Assembly: GCA_965203445.1 (NCBI GenBank)
Contig: OZ241883.1
Span: forward strand, 1,056,001 to 1,120,000
DNA from: Candidatus Oxydemutator sp.
GTDB taxonomy: Bacteria; Pseudomonadota; Gammaproteobacteria; Poriferisulfidales; Oxydemutatoraceae
Reading direction: 5' to 3'
Length of the DNA stretch: 64,000 bases
Shown here: positions 59,201-63,558 of the stretch, one piece after another
Numbering within the stretch: the stretch's first letter is position 1
Layout of the letters: the number at the start of each line of letters is the position of its first letter
Program-made: the position numbers and the translations under genes
Notes under the pieces: generated by a model
Told to the model about the DNA's origin: nothing
Databases searched by the model: none
What the model saw: only the letters and a program-made list of their open reading frames with translations

Positions 59201-61187
59201 GGATTGCTTTCCGGACGCCGCCGAGGCGCGCCTGAACTTGAACCCGCTGGCGCCGCCGACGCCGAAGCAGCAGGCCGAGATACCGCGCGTGCGTCTAAGC
59301 CGCGGCGTCGGCGGCGTCGCGTACATCGCGTATTCGGGCATGCGCCGGGAGAACGTCGCCACGCACCTGGGGGTGGCGACGACCGGCGCGACGCCGGTGA
59401 GCCTCGCCGCGTACTACCTGTCGGACACTTTCGGCTACAGCGGAGCGTATCCGCCGGGCGGTTATGGTTGCACCGGTCTGTTTCCCGCCAACGGTTATCA
59501 GCAGAATCTGGCGCGTGGCGGTTGCGCGCTGGTGGATTTCGCCAACGTGCCGACCGGGGTCGAGCACCGCATCGGCTGGCTGGCGAAGGGATCGTCGGGT
59601 TACTGGCACGTGACGACGGGCAGCGGTTCGGCGACGGACAGCTGCCTGCCGGAGCAGAGGATCTGGCGCGTGCGCGAGGTTCACGTGGATGATGAGCGCC
59701 TGTTTTTTGCACCCGGAGCGGTGGCCACGGCTACGCTCCCGGTTGGCGCGCGTCACGACGGCGCGGCGGCCGTGGCGCCGTTGACGCTCGATTTCTCGAA
59801 CGTGGCGCCGGCTGTGAACGCGGTCGAACGCACGTTCAGCGCCGAGGTGTCGAAAGGCGCGGGCACGCGCGCCTCGACGCATGGTATCTTGGATTTGCGG
59901 GCGGGCCGGTCGTCGGTGTTGTGGCGCGCCGACGAGGCTGCGGGCGTTTTGGACCCGAATCGCTTTTCGCTGGGTCTGGCTACGCAAACGCACGTGATAC
60001 GCGCGGTGCCCGCGAACCTGCCGCCGGCGCTTGGGCGGCCGCGGCTGATGCACGGGGGCGGAGTGCGCAGCGTGCTGGTCCATGGGCGCGCGGGCTACGT
60101 CCTCGAGGTCGCGGCGGCCAACCTGGCGGCGCGAGCGGCGCCCGAGGCGTTCGATGAAAGCGGGGCGCTGTCGGGGTTGACGGTGACGCCGCGCGCGGAT
60201 TCGTTCGAGGTTGGTTTCGACGTGCGCGATGGTTTGGCGACGACCACGGCGGCGTTGCGCGTGGTCGCGTACGCGGCGGGCGGCGCCTCGGCGACGGTCG
60301 CGTACAGTTGGCCGCTGGTGGCGGCGTCGAACCCGCTGGCCGAGGCCGCGCGCGATACGGACGGCGACGGCGACGGCATCCCCGATGCATACGACTGGTG
60401 GCGTGCAAGTACGGAAATGCGCGGCGCGTTGTTGCCGGTGCCGGTATCGGATCGGTCGCGTGATTCGGCGGGCAGGTACCCCGGCCACCATATCCGCCCG
60501 GCGCTGCCGTTGCATCGGCTGCGCAGCGGAGCCGAGACGCGCGAACACGCGCGCGAACGCTCGGCGGCGGGAGAGCCGCTGCGCTACGGCGATTATTCGG
60601 CGGCGATGCTCGGCGCCGCCACCGCCGACTATAGCTTCGAGTTGTACGGCGTAGATCACGACGTGGGCGAAGACGGCGTGGCGCGCGGCGGCGCCGGGGG
60701 CGTGATCATCGCGTTGCCGTTGTATCTGCGCGAGGCCGGCATGCACCTGTCCCAGGCGTTCGACGTTTCCGCCGGCGACGGCTACGGCTTTGCGCGCCAG
60801 GGCCTAAGCGGAGGTTGCCCCGACGATACCCGGGACGCCGGCAGCCCCTACCGCGACGATGCCGGCAATCTCAAAAACAGCGCCGGGGCCCCGGGCGACG
60901 GCTGCCTCGCGCTGTATATAGTGGATGGCGGCGCCAATGACGGAGACGGCGTCCTCAACGGTTCGATCCGCGAGCCGTTCGGGAGACTGATCATCATGAG
61001 CGGCACGGGTAGTTTCGAAACCAGTGGCGGGTATTTCGGCTTTGCCGATCTGTCGCTATTGGCGCTGATGCTGCTGTTGCTGCTGTTGCTGTCGCTTGGC
61101 GGGAGAAACCGTCGTCGCAAACCGGCCCATGGAGCAGCCCGGTCTTCTCCCAGAGGGACAGGGGAAAGGTACTGTTTCGGGAGATGA
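38259..61187 (+). CDS. Giant (7642 aa) Calx-beta-like repeat surface protein / putative adhesin with GlyGly-CTERM-like anchor
   Basis: 22.9 kb uninterrupted ORF; signal-like CTVAFA|Q; recurring DD..NE..E / A....DY domains; DxDxDG motifs; YIVDGGANDGDG..NG.I.EP; SGG..G-hydrophobic-RNRRRK tail. The exact start is uncertain. Confidence 0.85.
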   Translation: MGGGVACCLSICTVAFAQTTDSYQVGFSGGSIFHSESFFSPRPSFIQLSIGAGSSLPTTLTADVVMRWRVTTRSGVDNPAEPEDFLITSGTVTFSAGIDVRRPVYQSFYVPMRDDNLNEGQEQFTLLLEVLAGPATTSLVLANTRDSVIFGDENDRAGVAFDFEVGDLAEGSATTWHITLSDSVPLVPWTMDYSETGDDVTDADYRLIAVSGVRFEATTIGGGYVHVEAGPLTKTFIVEIVDDGYNEAREELRLRFRRPKNREEIYTNAIDVSQTLTIPANDPTTYSMEASYPGIAEGTTAAFVVIAGGGTPTAPVTLAWSLEGTGVNPASASDFARVSGMVTVTPGEAPAIPIHAVRDRFAEENEQFRLNLDGASGGRPQGGGAIVTGRSSGLTMILYSLGSETMGLERAAYTIEEGKTTQVCVVASHPVQMDRDDFYLSLSTTATGSAVADSHYAAFSDRLVGPFNATTQRACTSVEALVNLHDGGVEDFSLELKKPAGLARVEISTASAAVTITKGDVVVAALSRESRFGGAVTDESEFSIILHVVLLDTDGGKNPIQSPWREGAIIEYRLSGTARSGTETDAARDYAVFYIPPDSSVYEPDAKSFDVASSTGTLPINVNSQRGEIILDLHQDNRNEDDEYVTIELLRVVTGSSRIRIFDYVSKTATTIIVDDDPIVVHVQPPPPAAEGTTAVYTVSLGAVPTRPVRVPYLVTTSTETTTPRAAPQDFVGTFPRAGALVFTEDDFATRSVSVPVSHDGLTEDAEYFHLVVTSSAITGSYGAARTPTTRSEATILASNQLDVSAGILPMDLFGGSGTEFDLAFDGVTLTIDLTDANGNLTTPTAPVAIAYRLSGTAVGGAARGAGIDYHYTFDYDEATSLGVAMITPSNRFPGRALLPITVVPDLVNEPSEEVRIELREVTMGGLLVSWPPTTPSASFTILDDDAIRYGVVVDRVRVSEDAQAVVRFTLEFREDNPRYALLRSAGDIEVPYTLTGSATYGEDYRVVGLSSSRTIPIAARETSTSFEVVVLDDASNEGSETITVSLGEPPIIGVGAGIVSRSATRGVATVVIERSDAVTYSVASLVSRVREGEDAEFVVGLEGGVAGAPITLTYAVSSSDPNPGGAADFVGAATGEVAIAAGVSSASLAIRVAQDARAESTETLTVRLTGVAVGDGGGVVVAGVTSASVEVSANAATLRTFRVTTRTEVASVGEGAVVGYVVTLSGAAPGADVDVAWGVAGIGVNPASSEDFVAVSGTVRFTPMDASGSTRGFVVGIAEDTLNEGDERYAVGLTMPDADSAVSGMPELTITDDVADRLELSISRIDAGDLSEGAVDAADRRAEFRVQVGASTATAAVTFSLTVTGSGVTSGDYGGVVDGAPLVIRAPSTRMVVVLEALDDNLNEGDEELIVGLDAGVRSAGAAGLVSDARMTTATATISRNDATLVSVSGVASVGVSEGSSAVFALSLSGGEATLPVLVEWRVTTGASVGEASDEDFERTSGVSEFAVGTTTVRVYVAIRSDGLAEGVETYDLRLSRARGGGGGGASVDAASGSATGTILASNQLDVSAGILPMDLFGGSGTEFDLAFDGVTLTIDLTDANGNLTTPTAPVAITYRLSGTAVGGAATEARRDYTWPVGYSSTASSGVAVITPSNRFPGRALLPITVVPDLVNEPSEEVRIELREVTMGGLLVSWPPTTPSASFTILDDDAIRYGVVVDRVRVSEDAQAVVRFTLEFREDNPRYALLRSAGDIEVPYTLTGSATYGEDYRVVGLSSSRTIPIAARETSTSFEVVVLDDASNEGSETITVSLGEPPVVSTGAGVVTRSATQFMATVVIERSDAVTYSVASLVSRVREGEDAEFVVGLEGGVAGAPITLTYAVSSSDPNPGGAADFVGAATGEVAIAAGVSSASLAIRVAQDARAESAETLTVRLTGVVVGAGGGVVVAGVTSASVEVSANAATLRTFRVTTRTEVASVGEGAVVGYVVTLSGAAPGADVDVAWGVAGIGVNPASSEDFVAVSGTVRFTPSDASGSTRGFVVGIAEDTLNEGDERYAVRLTMPDADSAVSGMPELTITDDVADRLELSISRIDAGDLSEGAVDAADRRAEFRVQVGASTATAAVTFSLTVTGSGVTSGDYGGVVDGAPLVIRAPSTRMVVVLEALDDNLNEGDEELIVGLDAGVRSAGAAGLVSDARMTTATATISRNDATLVSVSGVASVGVSEGSSAVFALSLSGGEATLPVLVEWRVTTGASVGEASDEDFERTSGVSEFAVGTTTVRVYVAIRSDGLAEGVETYDLRLSRARGGGGGGASVDAASGSATGTILANDPLAVSLSVLPANIPSDGLREAEYAVVPPAFRIGLLDAFGTPTRAPSPVAITYRLSGAAAGGTATEARRDYTWPVGYSAASASGVARITGAASSARVVVVVVDDMLNESSERVGIELLEVATGGALVSWPPPTTGTGFTILDDDAIGYGVVVDRARVSEAASSRATFTLELRSALNRPLASAGDVEVPYTLTGSAAYGEDYRVGLSSSGMIRLAAGSTSASFEVVVLDDASNEGSETITVSLGEPPVVSTGAGVVTRSATQFMATVVIERSDAVTYSVASLVSRVREGEDAEFVVGLEGGVAGAPITLTYAVSSSDPNPGGAADFVGAATGEVAIAAGVSSASLAIRVAQDARAESAETLTVRLTGVAVGAGGGVVVAGVTSASVEVSANAATLRTFRVTTRTEVASVGEGAVVGYVVTLSGAAPGADVDVAWGVAGIGVNPASSEDFVAVSGTVRFTPSDASGSTRGFVVGIAEDTLNEGDERYAVRLTMPDADSAVSGMPELTITDDVADRLELSISRIDAGDLSEGAVDAADRRAEFRVQVGASTATAAVTFSLTVTGSGVTSGDYGGVVDGAPLTIRAPSTRMVVVLEALDDNLNEGDEELIVGLDAGVRSAGAAGLVSDARMTTATATISRNDATLVSVSGVASVGVSEGSSAVFALSLSGGEATLPVLVEWRVTTGASVGEASDEDFERTSGVSEFAVGTTTVRVYVAIRSDGLAEGVETYDLRLSRARGGGGGGASVDAASGSATGTILANDPLTVSLSVLPANIPSDGLRETEYAGVPPAFRIGLLDAFGTPSRAPSPVAITYRLSGAAAGGTATEARRDYTWPVGYSAASASGVARITGAASSARVVVVVVDDVLNESSERVGIELLEVATGGALVSWPPPTTGTGFTILDDDAIGYGVVVDRARVSEASSSRATFTLELRGALNRPLASAGDVEVPYTLTGSAAYGEDYRVGLSSSGMIRLAAGSTSASFEVVVLDDASNEGSETITVSLGEPPVVSTGAGVVTRSATQFMATVVIERSDAVTYSVASLVSRVREGEDAEFVVGLEGGVAGAPITLTYAVSSSDPNPGGAADFVGAATGEVAIAAGVSSASLAIRVAQDARAESAETLTVRLTGVAVGAGGGVVVAGVTSASVEVSANAATLRTFRVTTRTEVASVGEGAVVGYVVTLSGAAPGADVDVAWGVAGIGVNPASSEDFMAVSGTVRFTPSDASGSTRGFVVGIAEDTLNEGDERYAVRLTMPDADSAVSGMPELTITDDVADRLELSISRIDAGDLSEGAVDAADRRAEFRVQVGASTATAAVTFSLTVTGSGVTSGDYGGVVDGAPLVIRAPSTRMVVVLEALDDNLNEGDEELIVGLDAGVRSAGAAGLVSDARMTTATATISRNDATLVSVSGVASVGVSEGSSAVFALSLSGGEATLPVLVEWRVTTGASVGEASDEDFERTSGVSEFAVGTTTVRVYVAIRSDGLAEGVETYDLRLSRARGGGGGGASVDAASGSATGTILANDPLTVSLSVLPANIPSDGLRETEYAVVPPAFRIGLLDAFGTPTRAPSPVAITYRLSGAAAGGTATEARRDYTWPVGYSAASASGVARITGAASSARVVVVVVDDMLNESSERVGIELLEVATGGALVSWPPPTTGTGFTILDDDAIGYGVVVDRARVSEAASSRATFTLELRSALNRPLASAGDVEVPYTLTGSAAYGEDYRVGLSSSGMIRLAAGSTSASFEVVVLDDASNEGSETITVSLGEPPIIGVGAGIVSRSATQFMATVVIERSDAVTYSVASLVSRVREGEDAEFVVGLEGGVAGAPITLTYAVSSSDPNPGGAADFVGAATGEVAIAAGVSSASLAIRVAQDARAESTETLTVRLTGVAVGAGGGVVVAGVTSASVEVSANAATLRTFRVTTRTEVASVGEGAVVGYVVTLSGAAPGADVDVAWGVAGIGVNPASSEDFVAVSGTVRFTPMDASGSTRGFVVGIAEDTLNEGDERYAVRLTMPDADSAVSGMPELTITDDVADRLELSISRIDAGDLSEGAVDAADRRAEFRVQVGASTATAAVTFSLTVTGSGVTSGDYGGVVDGAPLTIRAPSTRMVVVLEALDDNLNEGDEELIVGLDAGVRSAGAAGLVSDARMTTATATISRNDATLVSVSGVASVGVSEGSSAVFALSLSGGEATLPVLVEWRVTTGASVGEASDEDFERTSGVSEFAVGTTTVRVYVAIRSDGLAEGVETYDLRLSRARGGGGGGASVDAASGSATGTILANDPLTVSLSVLPANIPSDGLRETEYAVVPPAFRIGLLDAFGTPTRAPSPVAITYRLSGAAAGGTATEARRDYTWPVGYSAASASGVARITGAASSARVVVVVVDDMLNESSEGVGIELLGVATGGALVSWPPTTTGTGFTILDDDAIGYGVVVDRARVSEAASSRATFTLELRSALNRPLASAGDVEVPYTLTGSATYGEDYRAGLSSSGMIRLAAGSTSASFEVAVLDDASNEDSETITVSLGEPPIIGIGAGIVSRSATQFMATVVIERSDAVTYSVASLVSRVREGEDAEFVVGLEGGVAGAPITLTYAVSSSDPNPGGAADFVGAATGEVAIAAGVSSASLAIRVAQDARAESAETLTVRLTGVVVGAGGGVVVAGVTSASVEVSANAATLRTFRVTTRTEVASVGEGAVVGYVVTLSGAAPGADVDVAWGVAGIGVNPASSEDFVAVSGTVRFTPSDASGSTRGFVVGIAEDTLNEGDERYAVRLTMPDADSAVSGMPELTITDDVADRLELSISRIDAGDLSEGAVDAADRRAEFRVQVGASTATAAVTFSLTVTGSGVTSGDYGGVVDGAPLVIRAPSTRMVVVLEALDDNLNEGDEELIVGLDAGVRSAGAAGLVSDARMTTATATISRNDATLVSVEGTAQSVGVSEGSSAVFVLSLSGGEATLPVLVEWRVTTGASVGEASDEDFERTSGVSEFAVGTTTVRVYVAIRSDGLAEGVETYDLRLSRARGGGGGGASVDAASGSATGTILANDPLTVSLSAPSRRVEEGATAVFQVRLTNARNVPTRAPLPVTVEYALSGAAMGGAAGDVARDYDYPSGYGATTGTGTVTISTGTTDAAIALTVANDGRNEADEDIEITLLRLVAGSDVAGLATIVSAVVTVADADPIVAAVAARESRKNEGEDFLFTVTLSGGSREAPVTVPYRIMGIGADPAEATDWRDRSGGGIEIAATATTGLIIVRALIDDEGEGAEGLRVTLSTPTGVGVVGVARVDGARASATVEINPSMQINLSFALAGPADAAEGTTATYRVVFTGNGGRSAPPTTFTVTVTAVTAQGADFVGAGVATVADVVFSGEATGAAKSFGVALLDDDLSEGTETYRVVIAPVGGAPVITNDTVETAIAASDPLQVELVPPGVALRDEGAAGATTRVSFGVSLTPSPNVPDGDVVIRYALSGDAGAADYGDDTGGSVTVATGETTTQIRITIVGDDAYEPDEELVVALQSVQGANVSLSASSRASVTIVNDDPLPVVSFALEGPRRAAENTTATYVVTFTDSAGRSAPSTNVAIGVLAGAGVEGADFDGGVLPSRTLAFDGEASGSTKSFFVKIIDDSLSETTESYVVRISDAAVGASATVATAIARSNPLTTVLRRTAPVGAGARLEENAAATFVVEFRPFNHRAAGAVTMAWSATVDAQANTGAANAPGNADLSPDSGIARIEAGDTNAAFTVTARQDALAEGEETFTVGLGAVGAETGVGVVTPGASTTVQTTIAANAAATRFVSVRAPAGVTTVDEAALVTFTVELAGEAPEAGAPLLVDWNLAGEAEEGADYAAVATTALRFTTTGSQTVSVRLTDDQLNEAREALILEITGARGGGAPPPAVATSRALVWIIDDDPVAYRIGAAPGGFVSVSEAAGARPSLRVDLDRASAGDVRVSYTVVAGSAVGGVDYDGAAGVVTIGAGRTSTEFRPIAVIDDNRNEPTETLVVALDAAPIAQLDPRTGSVVPATSPPSRAEVRIIDDDAARYSIAALSSIVAEGATANFDAGLGNVVANAPVTLTYTVASSAPNPGDARADFHDPGDGRAVIAAGSGGTRVMVHVARDGVAEAAETLTLRLTGVAGTCAGCGIMGAGDPLSAQVTIPANATAARTFAVVTRSDVLRVAEGDAISYNVELDGAALVADVRLTWRVVGVGGNPTEAADFTAVTGAVTFTSGAAAGSTRAFTVSIASDTLNEGAEQYVILLETDDVDSAVAAPRFRTTVEDDAGDRIVLSISRIDGGDLSEGAVDAADRRAEFQIEAGNATATAVVTFSLTVSGSGVTSEDYGGVVSGASLTISPPSTRLVVTLEALDDDLNEGDETLRLALRGDGRSAGAVSLAAPPLAAAVATIARSDPTTVSLERTAVSDMGEADMARFAARLSGGRIARPVAMEWRVVTGSGAGRASNEDFGNMGGNLEIEAGRTRGEIGVALLEDNVREPDERYWVKLANPRGGGGAGVVLGVSQVSAIIRQLDRTPPVLEGVAYAPRQKHVWLKSVGDEALGILLPSEARLPDVLREDGVALDGFTMWTMVGGERRMIDVVSTSYHAPHAVVLNLAREISEDAGGLFADYVYPGDGLGIFDRALEAGVADARFGRSQIVSQIGITIPFSTTSDLDKDCFPDAAEARLNLNPLAPPTPKQQAEIPRVRLSRGVGGVAYIAYSGMRRENVATHLGVATTGATPVSLAAYYLSDTFGYSGAYPPGGYGCTGLFPANGYQQNLARGGCALVDFANVPTGVEHRIGWLAKGSSGYWHVTTGSGSATDSCLPEQRIWRVREVHVDDERLFFAPGAVATATLPVGARHDGAAAVAPLTLDFSNVAPAVNAVERTFSAEVSKGAGTRASTHGILDLRAGRSSVLWRADEAAGVLDPNRFSLGLATQTHVIRAVPANLPPALGRPRLMHGGGVRSVLVHGRAGYVLEVAAANLAARAAPEAFDESGALSGLTVTPRADSFEVGFDVRDGLATTTAALRVVAYAAGGASATVAYSWPLVAASNPLAEAARDTDGDGDGIPDAYDWWRASTEMRGALLPVPVSDRSRDSAGRYPGHHIRPALPLHRLRSGAETREHARERSAAGEPLRYGDYSAAMLGAATADYSFELYGVDHDVGEDGVARGGAGGVIIALPLYLREAGMHLSQAFDVSAGDGYGFARQGLSGGCPDDTRDAGSPYRDDAGNLKNSAGAPGDGCLALYIVDGGANDGDGVLNGSIREPFGRLIIMSGTGSFETSGGYFGFADLSLLALMLLLLLLLSLGGRNRRRKPAHGAARSSPRGTGERYCFGR
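40641..54323 (+). repeat. Six near-identical tandem units of 2274-2292 bp inside the giant gene
   Basis: Anchor ACGATACTTGCGA recurs at 40641, 42933, 45225, 47499, 49773, 52047 and 54324 (spacings 2292, 2292, 2274, 2274, 2274, 2277). Confidence 0.95.
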
Positions 61188-61200
61188 GTAGCGGTGAGGG
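61143..61200. repeat. REP-like palindrome, copy C (3' end of the giant gene)
   Basis: TCTTCTCCC-AGA-GGGACAGGGG...GCGGTGAGGG. Shares TCCCAGAGGGA with copy B and ends in the reverse complement of its CCCTCACCGC. Confidence 0.55.
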
Positions 61201-61233
61201 GACATCCGTCGGGCGTATCCGGCGCGGCGGCGG

Positions 61234-61242
61234 TGTTATAAT
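61234..61242 (+). promoter_or_regulatory. Extended -10 promoter (TGtTATAAT), probably leaderless
   Basis: Perfect TGnTATAAT 6 nt before ATG 61249, with no Shine-Dalgarno. Confidence 0.6.
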
Positions 61243-61248
61243 CGGGCC

Positions 61249-62085
61249 ATGTACAAGACGCTGGTTTCGACCGAGGTACTGGCACGGCATCTGGACGACC
61301 GCCGGTGGGTCGTGTTCGACTGCCGCTTTGACGTAACCCGCCCCGAATGGGGGCGGCGGGAGTACGCCAAACAACATATCGCCGGCGCCATTTACGCCGA
61401 TCTTGATAAGGATTTGTCGTCGCCGCCGGGTGCGGGCGACGGGCGCCATCCGTTGCCGGCGCCCGACGCGCTGTGCGCGCGGCTTTCTGCGTGGGGCGTC
61501 GGCGCCGACACCCAGGTGGTCGTCTATGACGAGAGCGTCGGCGCCGTCGCCGCGCGCACGTGGTGGTCGCTGCGCTGGCTGGGACACGAGGCGGTGGCGC
61601 TGCTCGACGGCTGCCTCGGCAAGTGGCTGAAAGAAGGGCGCCCGGTCAGCGACGAGGCGCCGCGCCCGGTGCCCGCGGTCTTTCGCGGGCGCGCCGACGA
61701 TACCGCGTGGGTTGCGACCGACGACGTCTTGCGCCAACTCGACGACGCCGATTCGGTCGTGATAGACGCGCGCCCGCCCGAACGTTTCTCCGGCGAGCGC
61801 GAGACCGTGGACGCGGTCGGCGGCCACATCCCGAACGCGGTCAATCACCCGCTGATGGAAAACGTCGGCGACGACGGCTGCTTCTTGTCGCCGCAACTGC
61901 TGCGCCGGCGATACCAGCCGTTGCACAAACAAACGACGATACATTCCTGCGGTTCGGGCGTGACCGCGTGCCACAATCTGTTGGCGATGGAGGCCGCCGG
62001 CCTGCCCGGCTCCAAGCTCTACGTCGGTTCGTGGAGCGAGTGGATCCGCTCGCCGCAAAGACCCGTCGCCAGGGGGAAGGAATAA
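61249..62085 (+). CDS. sseA: 3-mercaptopyruvate/thiosulfate sulfurtransferase (tandem rhodanese)
   Basis: HIAGA, GRHPLP, DAR..ERFSGE, GHIPNA.N, CGSGVTAC, LYVGSWSEW. Confidence 0.88.
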   Translation: MYKTLVSTEVLARHLDDRRWVVFDCRFDVTRPEWGRREYAKQHIAGAIYADLDKDLSSPPGAGDGRHPLPAPDALCARLSAWGVGADTQVVVYDESVGAVAARTWWSLRWLGHEAVALLDGCLGKWLKEGRPVSDEAPRPVPAVFRGRADDTAWVATDDVLRQLDDADSVVIDARPPERFSGERETVDAVGGHIPNAVNHPLMENVGDDGCFLSPQLLRRRYQPLHKQTTIHSCGSGVTACHNLLAMEAAGLPGSKLYVGSWSEWIRSPQRPVARGKE

Positions 62086-62086
62086 C

Positions 62087-62623
62087 GTGAAAACAATAAA
62101 CGTGGATGAATTGAAAGAGGCCTTGGATCGCGGCGACGATATTCTGCTGGTGGACGTAAGGACGCCGCAGGAGTATCTGGCGTCGAAGATCGCCGCGGCC
62201 GTATCCATGCCGCTGACGCATTTCGATCATTTCGCGCCGTCGCTCGACAAGGGGCGCGCGGTGCACGTGACGTGCGGTTCCGGCGCGCGTGCCGCGGAAT
62301 TCTGCCGGCGGCTCGAGCGCTTGGGCCATGCGCCGGTGTTAGTCGAGGGCGGGCTTTCGGCGTGGACGAAGCGCGGTTATCCGGTCGAGACTGGCCCCAG
62401 GCAACCGTGGTCCATCGAGCGCCAGGTTCGTTTCGGCACCGGGGCGCTGGTGCTGCTCGGCGTCGTTCTCGGCGTCGTCGCAGACCCTCGTTACGTCTAT
62501 CTTGCGGGCTTTATCGGGCTGGGATTGATGGTCGCCGCGGTGACCAATTTTTGCGGCTTGTCGGTGTTGCTGTCGAAGATGCCGTGGAACAGGATGGACG
62601 CGCCCGGGAAGCCGGCGGCGTGA
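62087..62623 (+). CDS. Rhodanese + DUF2892 membrane protein (YgaP-like)
   Basis: LVDVRTPQEY, CGSG.RA, EGGL.AW, SIERQVR, FCG...LL.KMPWN. Confidence 0.85.
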   Translation: MKTINVDELKEALDRGDDILLVDVRTPQEYLASKIAAAVSMPLTHFDHFAPSLDKGRAVHVTCGSGARAAEFCRRLERLGHAPVLVEGGLSAWTKRGYPVETGPRQPWSIERQVRFGTGALVLLGVVLGVVADPRYVYLAGFIGLGLMVAAVTNFCGLSVLLSKMPWNRMDAPGKPAA

Positions 62624-63189
62624 AGTTTTGCAGCCGCTGCGGATGCTCCAGGCTGACTGTAAAAATTCCCCCCGGCGACACGACGCCGCGCACCACGTGC
62701 GACGGCTGCGATGCGGTGTTCTATGAAAACCCGAAGATCGTCGCCGGCTGTATCCTCGAATGGCGCGGCAAAGTGCTGCTGTGCAAGCGCGCGATAGAGC
62801 CGCGCGCCGGATTGTGGACGGTGCCGGCGGGTTTCATGGAAAACGGCGAGTCGGTGGTCGAGGCCGCGGCCCGCGAGGCCTGGGAAGAGGCCGGCGCGAA
62901 GAGCGGCGATCTGGCGCTGCACACGATGTACAACCTGAAGCACGTGAACCAGGTGTACATGCTGTACCGCGGCGAATTGAGCGACGGGCGTTACGCGCCG
63001 GGGCACGAGACCGCGGCGGCCGATTTGTGCGCCGAGGAGGAGATTCCGTGGTCCGAGATCGCGTTCCCGGTCGTGGGCGAGGCGCTCGCGCTGTACTTCG
63101 ATGATCGCCGGCGCCGGCATTTTCGGCTGCACCAGGGCGACATCCTGCGCGACGACGCCCGCCGTCTGCGGATTATTCGTTACCCCTGA
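62620..63189 (+). CDS. NUDIX hydrolase with N-terminal Zn ribbon
   Basis: KFCSRCG...C..C...FYENPKIV, PAGFMENGE....AA.REAWEEA; GTGA overlap with the upstream gene. Confidence 0.9.
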   Translation: MKFCSRCGCSRLTVKIPPGDTTPRTTCDGCDAVFYENPKIVAGCILEWRGKVLLCKRAIEPRAGLWTVPAGFMENGESVVEAAAREAWEEAGAKSGDLALHTMYNLKHVNQVYMLYRGELSDGRYAPGHETAAADLCAEEEIPWSEIAFPVVGEALALYFDDRRRRHFRLHQGDILRDDARRLRIIRYP

Positions 63190-63505
63190 CGTCGCCGCCG
63201 CCGCGGCACGGCGGCGACGCCGGAATTTCGCCGTGGCGCTGTTTCCATTCCGCCGGTGTCAGCGTATGCAGGGCCAGCGCGTGGACGCCGCCGGCCAGTT
63301 CCTCGGCCAGCAGTTCGTTCAGCGCGCGGTGTCGCTCGAGCAGTCTGCGATTCTCGAACGAGCGCGAGACGACGACGACCTTGAAATGCGACTCCGAACC
63401 CGGCGCCACGTTGTGGCGGTGGCTTTCGTTGGTCACCTCGAGGTAGGCCGGGTCGAGGCGGCGCGTTATTTTTTCCTCTATCGTGGTCTGTACGCGGCGG
63501 TTCAT
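63173..63505 (-). CDS. bolA: BolA family protein
   Basis: NESH.HNV..GSESHFKVV.VS, HR.....LA.EL..GVHALALH, SPPC.GG. Confidence 0.92.
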   Translation of the reverse strand: MNRRVQTTIEEKITRRLDPAYLEVTNESHRHNVAPGSESHFKVVVVSRSFENRRLLERHRALNELLAEELAGGVHALALHTLTPAEWKQRHGEIPASPPCRGGGDVRGNE

Positions 63506-63558
63506 CGAAGGTCTCCGTGTTTTCTCATTTCGTTGTTTCCCTCATCAGGGCGGAGACA

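Noticed and set aside
61249-63189. Two rhodaneses plus NUDIX as a novel sulfur pathway
   Set aside because: All are common families, and adjacency in a shuffled genome is weak evidence.
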